Assembly: GCA_039937835.1 (NCBI GenBank)
Contig: JBDTFR010000105.1
Span: 28,036-92,035, forward strand
Length of the DNA: 64,000 nt
DNA from: Bacteroidia bacterium
GTDB lineage: Bacteria > Bacteroidota > Bacteroidia > 2-12-FULL-35-15
Direction: 5' to 3'
Part shown: in pieces, positions 60,312-64,000 of the stretch
How positions within the stretch are numbered: position 1 is the stretch's first letter
Layout: every line of letters starts with the position of its first letter
Program-made: the position numbers and the translations under genes
The notes under the pieces: model-generated
Seen by the model: only the letters and a program-made list of their open reading frames with translations
Database searches by the model: none
Told to the model about the DNA's origin: nothing

Positions 60312-62375
60312 TTAAATTTTTATTCCCATAATACAAATATCATCTACTTGTTCCAAGGCACCTTTCCAACTTTTAAAAGTTGAATGTAAAATTTCTTGCT
60401 GGTCATCCATTCCTTTACTGTGAATACTTAATAACAACTCTTCTAAGTTTTTATATTTATATTTTTTTCCAGAGGCGCCTCCAAATTGATCGGGGAATCC
60501 ATCTGTAAACATATATATAGTATCATTTTTATCTAATTGAATACACTGTTGAGTAAATTGGTTTTTATTAGTATGATAAATTCCAATAGGCTGTTTGTCG
60601 CCTTTTAATTCAATAATTTTATTATCTCTGATAATATGAACCGAATTATTTGCACCAGCAAAACTCAATTCCATGTTTGTTTTGTTTATTCGACATAGCG
60701 CAATATCCATTCCATCTTTCGCTTCACTCGCATTTTCTGTTTGGCGTAAGGCTAAAATTATTTTTGCTTTCAGTAAGTCTAAAATATCGCAAGGGTTATA
60801 TTCTTTTTTTTCATTAATAACTTCATTTAGTAATGCAATGCCCAACATACTCATAAATCCTCCAGGTACACCATGGCCTGTGCAATCTGCAACAGCTACA
60901 AAAGTATAATCTTCTTTTTGGGTAAGCCAATAAAAATCACCACTTACAATGGCTTTAGGCAATAATAAGGCGAAACAATTTGGAAATATATTTTTTACCT
61001 CTGCAATGGAAGGGATAATTGTTTGCTGAATTTTTTGAGCATAATTAATGCTATCTAAAATTTCTTTGTTTTTTGCTTTAACCACTAAATGTTGTTGCTT
61101 AATAATTTGTTTTGAATCGCGTTCTTTCTGATAAAATCTGAATAACACGATAGCTATCGCGATCACTGTTAGTAGGAGAACGCTTCCTGCAACTATATAC
61201 GCTTGTTGTTGTCTTGTTTTTGCGAGTTGTATAATATCCTTTTGCTTTTGTTTTTCTGCACGTAATATACTCTCTTGCTTTTCTTTAAAAGCATTTAAAA
61301 AATTAATTTCTAATTGCGCTTGCTTTTTTATTTGGATTGAATTTATAGTATTTTCGTGTATCTCCTTATTTATTTTCAAGAAGTTAAATGCCTCCTTATA
61401 GTTACCAGCACCTAAGTAAGCTTTATATATTATTTCTGATGCATCGCCATAAATACCGGGTGAATTAATTTGCTTACCAATTTCAAATGACTGCAATCCA
61501 TAGGTTATAGATTCACTATATTTTTTTTCTTTTAAGTTTGCTTTTGCCAAACCCATTAGACATAAACTTAAATGATAATTATCGTTTACCTTTTTATTTA
61601 TATTAACTCCACGATATAAATAAAACAATGCTTCAGTTGGCTTATCTTGATCTATTAGAACATTACCTACTGCATATAAAAAATCAACAATACGCATTGT
61701 ATCTTTTGCCTTTGTTGATATTGCTAAACCTGTATTGTAACAAAATAAAGCCTCCTTATATTTTTTAACATCATAATAAACGGTACCTAATGAGCTATAA
61801 CAAAAAGTTAACACCTTTGTATAGTTCTTTTCCTTGGCAATGCTCAGGGCTTCTGTTAAATAATGTGTAGCATCATTTAATTGCTCTAAACAACGGTTAA
61901 TGTCGCCCACTAATGATAAATTATGTGCTAATTGAAAAGTATCTTTTAATTCTCTGTATAAGTTAATAGATTGAAAAATTAAATTTAGTGCTATGGTATT
62001 TTTATCCTGCAAACGACTAATATCTCCCAACGCACTTAATTCTTTAGCAATAATGGCTTTATTGCCAGTACGTTTACTTGTTTCTAAAGCTTTTGTATAA
62101 TAGATGTTGGCAATATCATAGTTATCAACGCTGTAAAAACGTTGCCCCATGTGATGATAGAAAAAGGTTTTATTTATGTTATTGCTAATTTTAGAAGCTA
62201 AAATAAATGCTGCTATTGTATCGCGTACATTAAATTTTTGGGTTTGCTCAAAAGTTGGTGGTGTCTTTTGAGAGTAATAATAGAGTAAAGAATCTTCTCC
62301 TGAAGATTGCGAGTGTAACAAAAGAGTGGTTACAAAAAATAAAATGAAGCAGGTTGTTTTTTTGAAATTATTCAC
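60312..62375 (-). CDS. TPR-repeat / transmembrane / PP2C-type (SpoIIE/RsbU-like) serine phosphatase
   Basis: A signal peptide and about eight TPR units are followed by a TM helix (VAGSVLLLTVIAIAIVLF) and a coiled coil. The PP2C core contains SGDFYWL and VAVADCTGHGVPGGFMSMLG plus the C-terminal DG/D metal ligands. Confidence 0.75.
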   Translation of the reverse strand: MNNFKKTTCFILFFVTTLLLHSQSSGEDSLLYYYSQKTPPTFEQTQKFNVRDTIAAFILASKISNNINKTFFYHHMGQRFYSVDNYDIANIYYTKALETSKRTGNKAIIAKELSALGDISRLQDKNTIALNLIFQSINLYRELKDTFQLAHNLSLVGDINRCLEQLNDATHYLTEALSIAKEKNYTKVLTFCYSSLGTVYYDVKKYKEALFCYNTGLAISTKAKDTMRIVDFLYAVGNVLIDQDKPTEALFYLYRGVNINKKVNDNYHLSLCLMGLAKANLKEKKYSESITYGLQSFEIGKQINSPGIYGDASEIIYKAYLGAGNYKEAFNFLKINKEIHENTINSIQIKKQAQLEINFLNAFKEKQESILRAEKQKQKDIIQLAKTRQQQAYIVAGSVLLLTVIAIAIVLFRFYQKERDSKQIIKQQHLVVKAKNKEILDSINYAQKIQQTIIPSIAEVKNIFPNCFALLLPKAIVSGDFYWLTQKEDYTFVAVADCTGHGVPGGFMSMLGIALLNEVINEKKEYNPCDILDLLKAKIILALRQTENASEAKDGMDIALCRINKTNMELSFAGANNSVHIIRDNKIIELKGDKQPIGIYHTNKNQFTQQCIQLDKNDTIYMFTDGFPDQFGGASGKKYKYKNLEELLLSIHSKGMDDQQEILHSTFKSWKGALEQVDDICIMGIKI

Positions 62376-62452
62376 TAATCAAAATTTAGAAACCAATTTT
62401 TCACTATTTAATTTTAAATATACCACTATCTTTGCAAATCTATAAAAAAAGA

Positions 62453-64000
62453 ATGGAAAACAAGAGAGTTCGTTTACGGTTTGCGCCAAGCCCAACAGGT
62501 GGTTTACATATGGGTGGTGTACGCACCGCATTATTCAGTTATTTATTTGCAAAAAAACATAAGGGAGATTTTATTCTCCGTATTGAAGATACCGACCAAA
62601 CCCGTTATGTTAAAGGCGCAGAAGAATATATTATTAGCGCTTTAAAATGGTGTGGTATTGAACCCAATGAAGGCGTTGGTTTTGGAGATGGACCTCATGC
62701 TCCCTATCGCCAAAGCGAGCGTAAAGAAAAAGGTATTTACAAAGCTTATGCACAAAAGCTAATTGATAGTGGACATGCGTATTATGCTTTTGATACTTCT
62801 GAAGAATTGGACGCTATGCGCAAACGTTTGGAGGCAGCAAAAGTTATTGCTCCGCAATACAATGCAGTTACTCGGCAAAATATGCGCAATTCAATTACAT
62901 TGTCTGAAGATGACGTAAAAAAATTAATGGATGCTAAAACGCCTTATGTAATACGTTTAAAAGTTCCAAGAAATGAAGAAATTCGTTTTCATGATATAAT
63001 AAGAGGTTGGGTCGTTGTTAATTCCACTCAAGTGGATGATAAAGTATTATTAAAATCAGATGGCATGCCCACTTACCATTTAGCGCATATTGTAGATGAT
63101 ATTGAAATGGAAATTTCACATGCGGTAAGAGGGGAAGAATGGTTGCCTTCTGCACCGTCACATGTTCTAATTTATCGCTATTTAGGTTTAGAAGATAAAA
63201 TGCCGCTATTTGCGCATTTACCTTTAATATTAAAGCCTGATGGAAATGGAAAATTATCTAAGCGAGATAAATCCGGTATACCTATGTTTCCTCTTGATTG
63301 GCTTGATGAAAGCACTGGGGAAAAATATACAGGGTATCGTGAAAGTGGTTTTTTTCCAGAAGCATTTATAAATATGTTAGGAATGTTGGGTTGGAATCCT
63401 GGGACGACTCAAGAAATATTTTCTAAAGATGAATTAATCGACGCTTTTTCTTTTGAGCGAGTAAATAAATCAGGCGCTAAATTTGATCCTGAAAAAACAA
63501 AATGGTTTAATCAACAATACCTAAGAAAAAAATCGGATGTAGAATTAGCAAAATTATTTCAACCTATTTTGGAAGAAAAATTAAAAGCTGCTAATATTAC
63601 CAATACTAAAAGTGAGAAGTTTGTTGAAGAGGTATGTAAGTTAGTGAAAGAAAAGGCACATTTTGTTAATGAATTTTGGGAAAGTGCCCATTACTTTTTT
63701 ATTGCTCCTACCACTTATGATAATGAAGTTATTAAAAAACGTTGGAATGAAAAAACAGCTGCATTTATTTCAGCGACAGCTGAAACGTATGAAAAGGTAA
63801 GCACTTTTACAGCAACGGAGGCTGAAGCTTTATTTAAAAACTTGGCAGAGGCGCAAGGGATAACTACAGGGCAAGTAATGCAACTATTTAGGGTCTGCAT
63901 AAGTGGCGTTGGAGGAGGGCCTGCACTATTTGAGATGGTAGCACTTTTAGGTAAAGAAGAAGTAGTAAAACGTTTAAAAAAAGCAGTGAATTCAATTACA
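62453..64000 (+). CDS. gltX: Glutamate--tRNA ligase (3' end beyond the window)
   Basis: Contains RVRLRFAPSPTGGLHMGGVRTALFSYLFAKKH (the HIGH region as HMGG) and later KLSKR (the KMSKS variant). The frame is open to the last base of the window. Confidence 0.9.
   Translation, partial: MENKRVRLRFAPSPTGGLHMGGVRTALFSYLFAKKHKGDFILRIEDTDQTRYVKGAEEYIISALKWCGIEPNEGVGFGDGPHAPYRQSERKEKGIYKAYAQKLIDSGHAYYAFDTSEELDAMRKRLEAAKVIAPQYNAVTRQNMRNSITLSEDDVKKLMDAKTPYVIRLKVPRNEEIRFHDIIRGWVVVNSTQVDDKVLLKSDGMPTYHLAHIVDDIEMEISHAVRGEEWLPSAPSHVLIYRYLGLEDKMPLFAHLPLILKPDGNGKLSKRDKSGIPMFPLDWLDESTGEKYTGYRESGFFPEAFINMLGMLGWNPGTTQEIFSKDELIDAFSFERVNKSGAKFDPEKTKWFNQQYLRKKSDVELAKLFQPILEEKLKAANITNTKSEKFVEEVCKLVKEKAHFVNEFWESAHYFFIAPTTYDNEVIKKRWNEKTAAFISATAETYEKVSTFTATEAEALFKNLAEAQGITTGQVMQLFRVCISGVGGGPALFEMVALLGKEEVVKRLKKAVNSIT

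Noticed and set aside
1-64000. CRISPR arrays, rRNA genes, prophage
   Set aside because: There are no short regularly spaced direct repeats, no 16S/23S/5S-like conserved stretches, and no terminase, capsid or tail-like ORFs. The only mobile DNA is the decayed IS630 relic.

Overview
This is an AT-rich chromosomal window from a Bacteroidota-type genome (likely Sphingobacteriia, Chitinophagia or Flavobacteriia-like). The lineage call rests on two T9SS PorP/SprF genes each paired with a type-B C-terminal-domain cargo protein, a conserved NadK-CBS-beta-barrel-UppS-BamA-Skp-Skp-MurI block, a HisKA_2 kinase with a LytTR regulator, and many lipoprotein-type signal peptides. I call about 57 protein-coding genes, one tRNA-Phe(GAA), no rRNA, no CRISPR array and no intact prophage or integrative element. 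Gene content from start to end is as follows. (i) A TetR-regulated RND efflux operon (TetR, TolC-like, membrane fusion protein, RND pump truncated by the window edge). (ii) asnS. (iii) A small accessory stretch with a tandemly duplicated BhsA/YdgH-like secreted protein, a membrane-inserted single-HKD PLD/Nuc-like protein and an MDR-family oxidoreductase. (iv) T9SS locus 1: ECF sigma, anti-sigma, Ycf48/BNR-propeller-PKD-CTD cargo and PorP. (v) A 966-aa FAD/Fe-S (GlcD-GlcF-fusion, YdiJ-like) oxidase whose 5' end sits on a G8 homopolymer. (vi) A truncated enolase-superfamily (MR/MLE) gene fragment. (vii) One minus-strand operon that joins a caa3-type cytochrome c oxidase (CoxII-c, CoxI, CoxIII, CtaG-like) to a Rieske plus cytochrome b/c complex. 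(viii) An ASRT-like protein and a signal-peptide-less GH39 / GH144-like / glucose-1-dehydrogenase operon. (ix) A 1.25-kb ORF-free region holding a decayed IS630-family transposase. (x) A 1402-aa multi-PAS HisKA_2 kinase with a LytTR response regulator. (xi) T9SS locus 2: MORN lipoprotein, OmpA-family protein, PorP and an SBBP-PKD-CTD cargo. (xii) DUF502, a secreted coiled-coil protein, a DUF4199-like protein, a SAM methyltransferase and tRNA-Phe. (xiii) A second respiratory accessory cluster (Sco, CoxIV, two CoxIII paralogs, CtaB) next to an HMA-like CxxC protein. (xiv) Gamma-CA, murI, skp x2, bamA, uppS, an OM beta-barrel protein, nadK, a CBS protein, a TPR-PP2C phosphatase and gltX (3'-truncated). 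The most noteworthy points are the fused bc-caa3 respiratory operon in a Bacteroidota context, the TM-inserted single-HKD PLD protein, two G8 homopolymers (one shifting the frame at a gene start), and two gene remnants (the MR/MLE fragment and the IS630 relic). No database search was possible, so all family assignments come from motifs read directly from the translations.
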